Part shown: piece by piece, positions 1 to 9,543 of the stretch
Position numbering within the stretch: the stretch's first letter is position 1
Layout: each line of letters starts with the position of its first letter
Assembly (NCBI GenBank): GCA_964657875.1
Contig: CAZZWJ010000001.1
Coordinates: 1 to 37,111 of the forward strand
Direction: 5' to 3'
Source of the DNA: an uncultured Solirubrobacteraceae bacterium
GTDB lineage: Bacteria; Actinomycetota; Thermoleophilia; Solirubrobacterales; Solirubrobacteraceae
Length of the DNA stretch: 37,111 nt
Made by a program: the position numbers and the translations under genes
The notes under the pieces: model-generated
The model's input: the letters and a program-made list of their open reading frames with translations, nothing else
Told to the model about the DNA's origin: nothing
Database searches by the model: none

Positions 1-2
1 CG

Positions 3-716
3 CCGACGGCGTTCACCGCCGACCGCGTTCGCGACGAGAAGCTCAAGGTGCTGGAGGCGATCGTGCCGCCGTCGGTCGATGTCGTCCCCGACATGACCGT
101 CCGCGCCCAGTACACCGCGGGGGTCGTTGGCGGGGTCAGGGTCCCCGGCTACAAGCAGGAGGACGGGGTGGCGGCGCAGTCGCGCACCCCGACCTACGTC
201 GCGCTGCGACTGCAGGTGTCCAACTGGCGCTGGGCGGGCGTCCCGTTCTACCTGCGGACCGGCAAGCGCCTGGCCCGCAAGATCACCGAGATCGTGGTCA
301 CCCTCAAGCCGGTGCCGCACGTCGCGTTTCAGAGCTCGGGCTCGGTCGGCATCCAGGCCAACCAGATCATCTTCACGCTGCAGCCCGACGAGGGCGTGTC
401 GGTCTCGATCGGAGCCAAGATCCCCGGCACGCGGATGCGGATCCGCCCGGTGAACATGGAGTTCCGCTACGGGACCTCGTTCCTGTCCCAGTCGCCGGAG
501 GCCTACGAACGACTCATCCTCGACGCGATGCGCGGGGACCCGCTGCTGTTCACCCGCAATGACGAGATCGAGGCGCTGTGGGGCATCATCGACCCGATCC
601 TCGAGGGCTGGTCGGCGGATACCAAGACCCCGCTGGCCGAGTACGAAGCCGGCTCGATGGGCCCGCAGTCGGCGGACGCGCTGCTCAGTGGCGGTGCGAG
701 GTGGCGGCGGCTGTGA
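3..716 (+). CDS. zwf: Glucose-6-phosphate 1-dehydrogenase, C-terminal part (5' truncated by window edge)
   Basis: Frame open from base 3 (PTAFTADRVRDEKLKVL); motifs RAQY, NWRWAGVPFYLRTGKRL, QPDEG, EAYERLILDAMRGDxxLF. Confidence 0.97.
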   Translation, partial: PTAFTADRVRDEKLKVLEAIVPPSVDVVPDMTVRAQYTAGVVGGVRVPGYKQEDGVAAQSRTPTYVALRLQVSNWRWAGVPFYLRTGKRLARKITEIVVTLKPVPHVAFQSSGSVGIQANQIIFTLQPDEGVSVSIGAKIPGTRMRIRPVNMEFRYGTSFLSQSPEAYERLILDAMRGDPLLFTRNDEIEALWGIIDPILEGWSADTKTPLAEYEAGSMGPQSADALLSGGARWRRL

Positions 717-1795
717 GCGAGGACGTCTGGTCGGCCCAGGACACGACGCCCGACGCGATCGAAGCCGCCCTGCGCGAGCTCCTCCGGGAGCGGCATGCAA
801 ACGACACCTCGCTGGCGCCCGCCCGCGTCCTCAACCTGATCGTGATCATCGACCGGGAGTTCAAGGCGGAGGTCAAGGAGCGTCTGGAACGGGCCGGTCA
901 GTACCACGCGTCGCGCACGGTGCTGTGCGCGGTCGCGCCCGAGCGCACCGAGATGGACGCGGTGGCCACGATCAGCTACGAGGATCCCCACGATGGACTC
1001 TCGGTCGTGCGCGAGACGATCGAGATCGACATCGGACCCGAGCATCTGCTCGCGTTGCGCACGATCGTCGACCCGGTGCTCATCTCCGAGATCCCCACGG
1101 TCTGCTGGTCGCCGGGTGGCCACGCGGAGACGGTGAGCGAGCTGCTCGGGGTGATCGACGTCATCCTGGTCGACTCCGACGACGCCGATGAGCCGCGCGA
1201 GGCGTTCGCGCGGGCGGAGCTGATCCGAGAACGGGTCTACGTGGTCGACCTCGCGTGGCTGCGCACGACCCCGTGGCGCGAGCGCCTGGCGGCATCGCTC
1301 GGCCAGCGTCCGCGGATGCTCGAGTCGCTGCTGTCGATCGAGATCCGCTACCGAGACGGCTCGACGGCGAGCGCGCTGCTGCTCGCCGGCTGGCTGGCGT
1401 CGCGCCTGGGCTGGGATCGCGGGCCACTCACGCGCGGTCACACCGAGATCGGCCTGCACGGCGCCGTGCGCAACGGCAAGGGCCAGACGGCGGTGACGCT
1501 GCGGCGCTCCGACCAGGAGTCACCCGGCCTGGCCGGGGTCACCGTCTCGGCCGAGCACGGCGTCTCGCTGTCGCTGCAGCGCGGGGTCGGCGGCCTGGAC
1601 GCGACCGAGCACCTCGCCGACGGCCGCCGCCAGGACTGGAAGATCCTCGGTGCCTCGCGCGGCGAGGGCGGGATCCTGGGGGAGGGGATCCGCCAGGCGC
1701 TGTTGCGCGACCCGATCTACGGACCGGCGCTCGGCGCCGGCCGTGAACTCTGCCCTCAGTCGGTGCGAACTCCCCCGATACCCCCTTTGACATGA
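713..1795 (+). CDS. opcA: G6PDH assembly/effector protein OpcA
   Basis: GTG at 713 overlaps the zwf stop (GTGA); motifs ARVLNLIV, HASRTV, DLAWLRTTPWRERLA, LLLAGWLASRLGW; canonical position after zwf. Confidence 0.9.
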   Translation: MSEDVWSAQDTTPDAIEAALRELLRERHANDTSLAPARVLNLIVIIDREFKAEVKERLERAGQYHASRTVLCAVAPERTEMDAVATISYEDPHDGLSVVRETIEIDIGPEHLLALRTIVDPVLISEIPTVCWSPGGHAETVSELLGVIDVILVDSDDADEPREAFARAELIRERVYVVDLAWLRTTPWRERLAASLGQRPRMLESLLSIEIRYRDGSTASALLLAGWLASRLGWDRGPLTRGHTEIGLHGAVRNGKGQTAVTLRRSDQESPGLAGVTVSAEHGVSLSLQRGVGGLDATEHLADGRRQDWKILGASRGEGGILGEGIRQALLRDPIYGPALGAGRELCPQSVRTPPIPPLT

Positions 1796-1811
1796 GCGTG
1801 AGGAGAACGTT

Positions 1812-2531
1812 GTGAGCGTGACGATCGAGATCGTGGAGGATCCGGCACGGTCGTGCGCGGCGATGATGGTCGGGGCGGCTGCGGCCGGAGGGCACATCGT
1901 GCTCGCCGGGGGGTCGACGCCCAAGGCGGCCTACGAGCACTTCGTGGCTGCGGTGACCGCCGTCGGCCTCGACCTGTCGGCGACGACCCTGTGGCTCGGC
2001 GACGAGCGCTGCGTGGATCCCGACGACGAGCGCAGCAACTTCAAGATGGTGAAGGAGACGCTGCTCGATGCGCTGCCCGCCCCGGCGCCGGCGATCCACC
2101 GCATCCAAGGCGAGCTCGGCCCCGAGGCGGGTGCCGAGGCGTACGAGCGGAGCCTCAGCGAGGCCCGCCACCCGCGCTTTGATCTGATGCTCCTGGGGAT
2201 CGGCCCCGACGGCCACACGCTGTCGCTGTTCCCCGGCCAGTCGACGCTCGAGGAGGATTCGCGGCTCGTCGTCGGCGTGCCGACCGCGGGCCACGAGCCG
2301 CTCGTGGCGCGCGTGTCGATGACCCTGCCGGCGGTCGGCCTCGCCCAGCGCGTGGTGCTGCTCGCCGACGGTGAGTCCAAGGCGGACGCGATCTCCAAGG
2401 CGTTCGGCCCCAACGCCCCGGCCGACCCCGCGATCCCCTCCTCGATGCTCGCCGACCACTGCGCCGAGCTCATCGTGCTCATCGATCCGACGGCCGCATC
2501 CAAGCTCCCCGATGGAGTCAGCGCGACGTGA
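1812..2531 (+). CDS. pgl: 6-phosphogluconolactonase
   Basis: LAGGSTP, GDERCV, SNF, DLMLLGIGPDGHTLSLFP; AGGAG RBS; follows zwf-opcA. Confidence 0.95.
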   Translation: MSVTIEIVEDPARSCAAMMVGAAAAGGHIVLAGGSTPKAAYEHFVAAVTAVGLDLSATTLWLGDERCVDPDDERSNFKMVKETLLDALPAPAPAIHRIQGELGPEAGAEAYERSLSEARHPRFDLMLLGIGPDGHTLSLFPGQSTLEEDSRLVVGVPTAGHEPLVARVSMTLPAVGLAQRVVLLADGESKADAISKAFGPNAPADPAIPSSMLADHCAELIVLIDPTAASKLPDGVSAT

Positions 2532-3553
2532 GCGCGGTCGTCGGAGTCGACGTCGGCGGCACCAAGATCGCCGCCGCCTGCCTGCGCGACCGCGCGCTCG
2601 GCGACTCGGTGATGGTCTCCACGGACGTCTCCGGAGCCGATCAGATCATCGAGCAGATCGTCTCGGTGGTGGCGCATTGCCGCCCCGATGGCCTTGAGGG
2701 CGTCGGTCTCGGACTGCCGTCGGTCGTCGACTTCGCCACCGGCCGCATCGTGAGCTCGGCGAACATCCCGCTCGCCGACGTGCCGCTGCGGGAGGTTCTG
2801 AGCGATCGGCTCGGAGTGCCGGTGTTCGTCGACAACGACGCGACGGTGGCGGCGCTCGCGGAGGCTCACGACGAGACGATGACGATGGTCGCACGGGATC
2901 TCGTGATGATCACCATCGGGACGGGGATCGGCGGCGGGCTGGTGCTCGGCGGGCGGATCTACCGGGGGGCGACCGGCGGCGCCGGCGAGCTCGGCCACAC
3001 GATCGTGGCCATGGATCCCGGCGGCGATCCCGGGGCTGCGGTGGCCACGGCCGGCCACTTTCCCCAGCCCGGCTCGCTGGAGGGCGTCGCGGCCGGTCAC
3101 GCCCTCGACGGCCTCGCGGCGGCCTTCGCCGCCGAGCATCCCGCCTCAGCGCTCGGGCGACGGGCCGCCGGCGGCGAGCCGGCTTCCGGACCCGAGCTGG
3201 TGCGCAGCGCCGAGGCGGGGGAGACGGACGCGGGGCGGGTCGTCGAGCTCTGGGCCGAGCGGGTCGGGATCGGCATCGCCAACGCGATCAACACCTTCGA
3301 CCCCGAGGAGGTCGTCATCGGCGGCGGTGCCGCGCGCACCGGCGAGCGGCTGCTGGAGCCGGCTCGGCGGATCGCGGCCGCCTACGTGCTCCCCGGCCTC
3401 GGCCGGGCGACGACGATCCGCCTCGCCCGCCACGGGGTCCGCGCCGGGGTGCTGGGGGCGGCGCTGCTCGCCGTCCACGAGCTCGCGGATGCCGTGCCGC
3501 CTTCACCGACCGAGCCCGCCGGGCCTGTCCACTCATCCTCAGGGAGGTCATGA
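2528..3553 (+). CDS. ROK-family sugar kinase (probable glucokinase)
   Basis: GVDVGGTKI, VDNDATVAALAE, GTGIGGG, GAGELGH; no N-terminal HTH; the Cys cluster of Zn-binding ROKs is absent; start overlaps the pgl stop. Confidence 0.9.
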   Translation: MSAVVGVDVGGTKIAAACLRDRALGDSVMVSTDVSGADQIIEQIVSVVAHCRPDGLEGVGLGLPSVVDFATGRIVSSANIPLADVPLREVLSDRLGVPVFVDNDATVAALAEAHDETMTMVARDLVMITIGTGIGGGLVLGGRIYRGATGGAGELGHTIVAMDPGGDPGAAVATAGHFPQPGSLEGVAAGHALDGLAAAFAAEHPASALGRRAAGGEPASGPELVRSAEAGETDAGRVVELWAERVGIGIANAINTFDPEEVVIGGGAARTGERLLEPARRIAAAYVLPGLGRATTIRLARHGVRAGVLGAALLAVHELADAVPPSPTEPAGPVHSSSGRS

Positions 3554-4017
3554 TGATCGTCGCGTGTGGATTTGACCACGCCGGCTACGTGCTGCGCGAC
3601 CGGTTGCTGGGAGTCGTCCGTGATGCCGGCCACGAGGTCCTGGACTTCGGCACCGACCGGCCGGAACCGATCGACTATCCCGACAAGGCGCTGGAGGTCG
3701 GTCGGGCGGTCGCCTCCGGTGAGGCGGAGCGGGGGATCATCATCTGCGGCTCAGGCGCCGGGGTGTCGGTCGCCGCGTGCAAGATCCGCGGCGTCCGCGC
3801 GGCGACGATCCACGACACCTACACCGCCCATCAGGGCGTCGAACACGACGCGGTCAACGTGCTGTGCATGGGCGGCCGGGTGATCGGCGTCGAGGTGGCG
3901 GCCGAGGTCCTCGCCGCGTTCCTGGGCGCCGTCGTCTCCGACGAGGAGCGCCATGTCCGCCGGCGGGCCAAGGTGGATGAGATCGAGCGCACCCAGGGCG
4001 CGGTCGACGAGCTCTAG
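3550..4017 (+). CDS. rpiB: Ribose-5-phosphate isomerase B (RpiB/LacA/LacB family)
   Basis: DHAG, DYPD, ICGSGAGVSVAACKIRGVRAA, H-D-x-NVLCMG, RHVRR. Confidence 0.93.
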   Translation: MMIVACGFDHAGYVLRDRLLGVVRDAGHEVLDFGTDRPEPIDYPDKALEVGRAVASGEAERGIIICGSGAGVSVAACKIRGVRAATIHDTYTAHQGVEHDAVNVLCMGGRVIGVEVAAEVLAAFLGAVVSDEERHVRRRAKVDEIERTQGAVDEL

Positions 4018-4020
4018 GCC

Positions 4021-4584
4021 ATGGCCGACAACCTCTACGTCATCCGTCACGGTGAGACCGAGTGGTCGGCGTCCGGACGCCACACGAGCGTCACCGATCT
4101 GCCGCTCACCGAGTCCGGTCAGGCCCAGGCGAGCGCCGCCGCCGACAAGCTCGCCGGAATCGGCTTCGCCACCGTGCTGTGCAGTCCGCTGCGCCGGGCC
4201 CGGGAGACGTGCCGGCTCTGCGGCTTTGCGCAGGCGGCGCAGCTGTGTGAGGAGCTGCGGGAATGGAACTACGGCGACTACGAGGGTCTCACCTCACCCG
4301 AGATCCACGAGCGCGAGCCGCAGTGGAGCCTGTGGGCCGACGGCTGTCCGGGCGGTGAGTCCCCGGCCCAGGTCGGCACCCGCATCGACCGGCTGCTCGA
4401 GCGGGTCGCCGGTGTCGACGGCGACGTCGCCTGCTTCGCCCATGGCCACATCCTGCGCGTGCTCGCCGCCCGCTGGTGTGGCATGGACGTCAGCGCCGGC
4501 GCGCGCTTCATGCTCGTCACCGCCGGGATCGGGGTGCTCGGTCATGAGCACGCGACTCCGGTCATCTCCCGCTGGTCGGTCTGA
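4021..4584 (+). CDS. Histidine phosphatase family protein (Gpm2/Rv3214- and Shb17-like)
   Basis: RHGETEWS, GRHTxxTDLPLT, SPLRRARET, EWNYGDYEG, GES, AHGH. Confidence 0.9.
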   Translation: MADNLYVIRHGETEWSASGRHTSVTDLPLTESGQAQASAAADKLAGIGFATVLCSPLRRARETCRLCGFAQAAQLCEELREWNYGDYEGLTSPEIHEREPQWSLWADGCPGGESPAQVGTRIDRLLERVAGVDGDVACFAHGHILRVLAARWCGMDVSAGARFMLVTAGIGVLGHEHATPVISRWSV

Positions 4585-4609
4585 GGTTCGTCGCATCCGT
4601 GCGACAGAG

Positions 4610-4693
4610 TGCGGCTGAGAGGAGTCGAACCTCCACGCCCGTGAGGGCACGGCGACCTGAACGCCGCGTGTATACCAGTTTCACCACAGCCGC
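4610..4693 (-). tRNA. tRNA-Leu (anticodon CAG), 84 nt, CCA not encoded
   Basis: Reverse complement GCGGCTGTGGTGAAACTGGTATACACGCGGCGTTCAGGTCGCCGTGCCCTCACGGGCGTGGAGGTTCGACTCCTCTCAGCCGCA: acceptor stem, anticodon stem CGGCG/CGCCG around TT-CAG-GT, long variable arm, GGTTCGA T-loop. Confidence 0.97.
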
Positions 4694-4707
4694 GAGGTGG
4701 GTCTGAG

Positions 4708-4716
4708 AACGTAGCA
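4708..4716 (-). promoter_or_regulatory. Possible extended -10 element for tRNA-Leu
   Basis: TGcTACGTT on the minus strand, ~15 nt upstream of the tRNA 5' end. Confidence 0.45.
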
Positions 4717-4800
4717 AAGCCGTCGGGCCACGCTCTCCGGGCGGCTGGAAATCGCCGCCGATTCTTGACAGTCGGGCTGCGGATCGGAGACGGTCAGCGG

Positions 4801-5301
4801 ATGACCGCAGAGACGCAGACCCAAGAGACGGGAGCCCCGAGCCTCGTCGACAGCCTCGAGGAGTACCTCGTCGCCATCCCCCGCGCCGAGCGCCCCGACG
4901 CGCTGCATCAGGTGTTCTACGGCTTCTACACCCGCGTTGCGGTGATCGATCGCACCACCTACGAGCTCGCGCGATGGGCGCGGCTCGAGGTCCCCGCGAT
5001 CGGTGACGTTCCGGCATCGCTCACCGAGGCGCTGCGGGACAACTCGCTGCTCGTCGGCCAGGAGCTGTTCACCAGCCGGATGCGGGCGATGAGCGCGATG
5101 GGCTACATCGCCAAGCGCCTCACCTCGCTGCTCAACGGGGCGCCGCCGACCCGGCCCTATACGCTCACCCACGCGGTCGCCTTCGATCAGGAGCGAGGGG
5201 AGATGCGCTCCTATGACCTCGCGACGCCCGGGGAGCATCCCGAGCTGCCCTACGACCCGACCGGATACGACCCCCACGAGGAGTCGCTGCCCCCGGAGTG
5301 A
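4801..5301 (+). CDS. Hypothetical protein (166 aa) between two tRNA genes
   Basis: ATG at 4801 with GGAG upstream, GC-rich third positions, globular-looking composition; no recognised motif. Confidence 0.75.
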   Translation: MTAETQTQETGAPSLVDSLEEYLVAIPRAERPDALHQVFYGFYTRVAVIDRTTYELARWARLEVPAIGDVPASLTEALRDNSLLVGQELFTSRMRAMSAMGYIAKRLTSLLNGAPPTRPYTLTHAVAFDQERGEMRSYDLATPGEHPELPYDPTGYDPHEESLPPE

Positions 5302-5358
5302 GCGCGCTAGGCTGAGGGCCCGTGCAGGGTCCCCCCGGTCCCTGCCGACAGCATCCTC

Positions 5359-5431
5359 GCCGCTATCGTCCAGGGGACTAGGACGCCGCCCTCTCACGGC
5401 GGAAACCCGGGTTCGAATCCCGGTAGCGGTA
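5359..5431 (+). tRNA. tRNA-Glu (anticodon CTC), 73 nt, CCA not encoded
   Basis: GCCGCTA/TAGCGGT acceptor stem, anticodon stem CCGCC/GGCGG around CT-CTC-AC, GGTTCGAATCC T arm. Confidence 0.97.
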
Positions 5432-5654
5432 CTCAGAAACCCCCATGTTCACGGGGTTCGTGCGGCGTCCCTGATCGGCCTTCGCAGGGAGACATCGCCC
5501 ACGGCGGTCCCGCAGCGTCTGAGCAGGGGTCACCGCAGACGCGGCGGCTGAGCTCCCCCTCCCGTGAAGACCCAGCGCCGAGCCATGCACGCCGCCTCTC
5601 CCGGCGGCGCCAGCTGCCGCCGCCCGCGATCAGACCCGCTCGGCGGTAGAGCAG

Positions 5655-7232
5655 TCAACCGATCGCACCTCCGTGCCTCTGCCACTCCCGCTCGCGCAGT
5701 TTGAACTTCTGGATCTTTCCGGTTGAGGTCCGTGGCAGCTCGCCGAACTCGATCGCGGCCGGGCATTTGAAGCCGGCGAGCCGGTCGCGGCAGAACGAGA
5801 TGAGCTGTGCCTCGTCGGCATCCTCGCGGTCTCGCAGCTCGACGAACGCCTTGGGACGCTCGCCCCACGTCTCGTCAGGCATCGCCACGACGGCGGCTTC
5901 GAGTACGGACGGGTGCTCGGAGAGAACCTGCTCGACCTCGATGCTCGAGATGTTCTCCCCTCCGGAGATGATGATGTCCTTGGAGCGGTCGCGCAGCTCG
6001 ACGTATCCGTCGGGATGCCAGACCGCGACGTCGCCGGAGTGAAACCAGCCGCCCCGGAACGCCTCCTCGGTTTGGGCGTCCTGTCCGTGGTAGCCGATCA
6101 TCACGCTGTTGCCGCGCATCACCACCTCGCCGAGGGTCTCGCCGTCGCGAGGAACGTCGCCCATCTCCGCGTCGACGACGCGGACGAGGTCCGCCCCGTT
6201 GTAGGTGTATCCCTGTCGGGCGAGGATCCGCGCCTTCCCCTCGGGCTCCAGCGTCTCCCACTGCGGCTGCCAGCTGCATCCCATCGCGGGTCCGTAGACC
6301 TCCGTGAGCCCGTAGAGGTGACGGGGATGGAGGTTGAGCTCCGCCATACGCTTCAGCAGTGCCGGCGAGGGTGGCGAGCCGCCCGTCGGGACGGTGACGG
6401 GGTGCTCGAGCTGGTGGGCGCTGGGATGATTCACGATCGAGATGTGCACCGTCGGCGCGGCGCTGTAGTGAGTGACACCCTCGGACTCGAACAGCTCCCA
6501 GACCCGGTCGGGCTCGACGCGGGGCAGGCAGACGTGCACCCCCCCGGCGGCCGTCACCGCCCAGGTGAGACACCACCCGTTGCAGTGGAACATCGGCAGG
6601 GTCCACAGGTGGACGGAGTCATAGCCCAGCCCGATCTCGAGCGCGACGCCGTGCGCGCGCAGGTACGCGCCGCGGTGGGTGTAGACCGCGCCCTTGGGTC
6701 GCCCGGTCGTACCTGACGTGTAGTTGATCGAGATCGGCTCGTTCTCATCGGCGAGCTGGGTCTCGGGTCGCTCGGGCGAGCCGCGCAGGAGCAGCTGCTC
6801 GTAGGGATCATCCGGCGCTCCGGTGTCGTGGATCGCGACGATCTCGATCCCGTCGGTGTCGATCGGCTCGACCAGTTGCGCCAGGCGTCGGTCGAGCAGA
6901 ACCGTGCGCGCGCCGCAGTCGCGCACGATGTACTCGATCTCACGCGGGCTCAAGCGCGTGTTGAGCGCGACGAGGACCCCGCCGGCGAGAGGAACGCCGT
7001 AGTGAGCCTCGAGCAGGGCCGGCGAGTTGGGCGCGAGGATCGCGACGCGATCGTGGCGCTGGAGCCCGGCGGCCAGCAGCGCGCTCGCCAGCCGGTGGGC
7101 GCGCTCGCCGAGCTCGCCGTAGGTCAACCGCCGCTCGCCGTGCACCACGGCGGGGCGCGTGCTCAGCGACTGCGCGCACCGGTCGAGGAAATTGAGCGGA
7201 CTGAGCTCAAGTCGTGACGGCGTGATCTCCAA
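5655..7232 (-). CDS. Acyl-CoA synthetase (AMP-forming; medium-chain/LvaE-like subgroup)
   Basis: LSPLNFLDR N-terminus, YTSGTTGRPKG, WTLPMFHCNGW, YGLTE, GWFHSGD, DRSKDIIISGGENISS, PRTSTGKIQK; TTG start with GAGGAGG RBS. Confidence 0.93.
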   Translation of the reverse strand: MEITPSRLELSPLNFLDRCAQSLSTRPAVVHGERRLTYGELGERAHRLASALLAAGLQRHDRVAILAPNSPALLEAHYGVPLAGGVLVALNTRLSPREIEYIVRDCGARTVLLDRRLAQLVEPIDTDGIEIVAIHDTGAPDDPYEQLLLRGSPERPETQLADENEPISINYTSGTTGRPKGAVYTHRGAYLRAHGVALEIGLGYDSVHLWTLPMFHCNGWCLTWAVTAAGGVHVCLPRVEPDRVWELFESEGVTHYSAAPTVHISIVNHPSAHQLEHPVTVPTGGSPPSPALLKRMAELNLHPRHLYGLTEVYGPAMGCSWQPQWETLEPEGKARILARQGYTYNGADLVRVVDAEMGDVPRDGETLGEVVMRGNSVMIGYHGQDAQTEEAFRGGWFHSGDVAVWHPDGYVELRDRSKDIIISGGENISSIEVEQVLSEHPSVLEAAVVAMPDETWGERPKAFVELRDREDADEAQLISFCRDRLAGFKCPAAIEFGELPRTSTGKIQKFKLREREWQRHGGAIG

Positions 7233-7268
7233 GGAGTCCTCCTCGTACGTCGGTTGGGTTGCGCACGG

Positions 7269-8051
7269 CTACACGCTCGTCCAGCCGCCGTCGACTGCCA
7301 GTACCTGTCCGGTCACATAGGAGGACGCGGAGCTCACCAGGTACAGCACGGCGCCGTCGAGCTCGCCCTCCCGCCCACGGCGGCCGAGCGGCGCACGCCG
7401 CGCGACCCACTTCTCGCCGCTCTCGGAGGCGAACATCTCCGCGGTCATCTCCGTCTCAAACCAGCCGGGAGCCAGGCAGTTGACGCGGATGTCGTGTTGC
7501 GCCCACTGGGCCGCGAGCTCGCGGGTGAGGTTGACGAGCCCGCCCTTGGACGCCGCATAACCGGCCTGGGGAATCTGCCCGCATCCGCGCAGACCGAGGA
7601 TCGAGGCGACGTTGACGATCACGCCCCCGTCCCCATGGTCGACCATCGCCTGTGCGACGGACTGCGCGACGGCGAACTGAGCGGTGAGGTTGGTGGCGAT
7701 CACGTCGGAGAACCGCTCAAGAGATTCCTCGAGCGCCGGGCCGGAGTCGATTGTGCCCGCGTTGTTGACGAGCACGTCGACCCGCCCGAAGTGATGCTCG
7801 ACCGTGCGCATCGCCGCCGCGACCTCGTCCTCGCAGCGAAGGTCGCACGGCACGGGCAGGGCGTCGCGCAGACCCCCGCACAGCTCCTCGAGTCGCTCGG
7901 CGCGCCGGGCCAGCGCCACCACGCTGGCCCCCGCGCCGTCCAGGACTCTCGCAAAACGGGCGCCGAGTCCGGAGCTTGCGCCGGTGACCACTGCCACCTT
8001 TCCATCGAGTCGAAAAGCCGCCAGTGGATCCAGTCGATCCGGTACGGTCAC
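7269..8051 (-). CDS. Short-chain dehydrogenase/reductase
   Basis: TGASSGLG, NNAG, YAASK, IRVNCLAPG, VDGG; GTG start at 8051 after GGAGAAGG. Confidence 0.93.
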   Translation of the reverse strand: MTVPDRLDPLAAFRLDGKVAVVTGASSGLGARFARVLDGAGASVVALARRAERLEELCGGLRDALPVPCDLRCEDEVAAAMRTVEHHFGRVDVLVNNAGTIDSGPALEESLERFSDVIATNLTAQFAVAQSVAQAMVDHGDGGVIVNVASILGLRGCGQIPQAGYAASKGGLVNLTRELAAQWAQHDIRVNCLAPGWFETEMTAEMFASESGEKWVARRAPLGRRGREGELDGAVLYLVSSASSYVTGQVLAVDGGWTSV

Positions 8052-8128
8052 GTTACCCTTCTCCCTGATCGTGGCCAACGTAACCTGTGCACCGGTGGCA
8101 CGGGGTGAAAGCGGGTATGAACACCCAC

Positions 8129-8500
8129 ATGGCAAAGGACAGCACGACTCCAATCTGGCGGACGGTATTTGATGCCGTCGAGGGACCGCTCACCCGGGCC
8201 GCAGAGTCACGGGTGCAGACCAACCGCTTCATGGACGGGCTCGCGCTCAGCTGGCGCGTGCAACGGCGGCTCGACCGGGAGCTGCGCCACGGCCTGGAGA
8301 TGTGGCTGGGTGCGCTCTCGCTCGCCACGCGCGGCGACGTGGAGCGACTCTCCAACGAGGTCGCCCGCGTCGAGCGCGAGCTGCGCGCGCTGCGCCGTGA
8401 GCTCGAGCGCGGACGCACGGGACCCGGCACCCGCGCCCCCGCGCGCCCGCGCGCGAGATCAGCCAGTGGGGGTCGCGCCCGACAGCGCGACGGCAGCTGA
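8129..8500 (+). CDS. Small PhaE-like coiled-coil protein (putative PHA synthase partner subunit)
   Basis: LSLATRGDVERLSNEVARVERELRAL resembles the PhaE C-terminal LxLPTRxDV coiled coil; stop overlaps the phaC ATG; start could also be 8117. Confidence 0.65.
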   Translation: MAKDSTTPIWRTVFDAVEGPLTRAAESRVQTNRFMDGLALSWRVQRRLDRELRHGLEMWLGALSLATRGDVERLSNEVARVERELRALRRELERGRTGPGTRAPARPRARSASGGRARQRDGS

Positions 8501-9543
8501 TGGCTCCCGCCCCGCTTGAGCGCCACCTGCTGAGGGTCCGCAATTCGCTCGTCCACCACGCCGGGCTGCAGCGCACGCCGGTCGGTCGCTCCGCGCGGGA
8601 GCTGGCCTGGAGGCGCGACACCGCACGGCTGTGGCGCTATCAGGCGTCGGGGGAGCGCGTGGGACCCCCGATCGTGATCGTCCACAGCCTCATCAGCAAG
8701 AGCTACGTGCTTGACCTGCTGCCCGGCACCAGCCTGATCGGCTTCCTGCTCGACGAGGGGTTTGATGTGTTCCTGCTCGACTGGGACCTCGCCCGGCCCG
8801 CCGACGCCGAGAACACGCTCGAGAACTACGTCGAGGACTACCTGCCGGGAGCGCTGGCGGCGGCATGTGTGCTGGCCGGCGCCGACGACGTGACGCTCAT
8901 GGGGTACTGCATGGGCGGAGTCCTCGCGCTGCTGTACGCCGCCGCCGGGACCGAGCCCCCGGTGCGCAACCTCGTGACCCTGACGACGCCGTGCACCTTT
9001 GCGCCGATGGGCTTCATGAGCAACATGTTCCTCGAAGGGCGCCTGGATCCCGATGATGTCATCGACGCGACGGGCCTGGTCCCGGCCGAAGTCATCGACG
9101 CAGGGTTCTGGCTGCTCAAGCCCACCGACGACATCGTGCAGTCGGTCAACGTCTGGGAGCGGGGCTGGGACTCGCGCTGGCTGGGTGGCTTCAGCGCGAT
9201 GAATCGCTGGGCGCGTGACCAGATACCGTTCCCGGGGGCGGCCTTCGCGCAGGTCGTGCAGACGCTGATTCGAGACGACGCGCTCGCCTCGGGCGTCATG
9301 CCCCTGGGTGGTCGCGACATCCGCCTGGCCGACATAAAAGCGGCCTTCCTCAACGTCTTCTGTCGCGACGATCAGCTCGTGCCGCCCGATGCGGCGCGCC
9401 CGCTGAGCGGACTGGTGGGGGCCGGTGACGGCGACGAGCTCGAGCTGGACTCGGGTCACGTCGGGTTGGTGGCGGGGAGCGCCGCACGGCATGCGCAGCC
9501 GCGAATCGCCGAATGGATCCATGCTCGCAGCGACGATCACTAG
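8500..9543 (+). CDS. phaC: Class III-type poly(hydroxyalkanoate) synthase PhaC
   Basis: 347 aa; SLISKSYVLDLLPGxS, GFDVFLLDW, Cys lipase box GYCMGG, conserved W (NRWARD), D (DDQLVP), H (GHVGL). Confidence 0.85.
   Translation: MAPAPLERHLLRVRNSLVHHAGLQRTPVGRSARELAWRRDTARLWRYQASGERVGPPIVIVHSLISKSYVLDLLPGTSLIGFLLDEGFDVFLLDWDLARPADAENTLENYVEDYLPGALAAACVLAGADDVTLMGYCMGGVLALLYAAAGTEPPVRNLVTLTTPCTFAPMGFMSNMFLEGRLDPDDVIDATGLVPAEVIDAGFWLLKPTDDIVQSVNVWERGWDSRWLGGFSAMNRWARDQIPFPGAAFAQVVQTLIRDDALASGVMPLGGRDIRLADIKAAFLNVFCRDDQLVPPDAARPLSGLVGAGDGDELELDSGHVGLVAGSAARHAQPRIAEWIHARSDDH

Noticed and set aside
4765-4770. Perfect TTGACA hexamer upstream of the orphan ORF
   Set aside because: No plausible -10 element at 16-18 nt spacing
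5432-5654. att site or integrase remnant after tRNA-Glu
   Set aside because: Only a weak AACCCC/GGGGTT hairpin; no tRNA-end duplication or recombinase fragment recognised by eye
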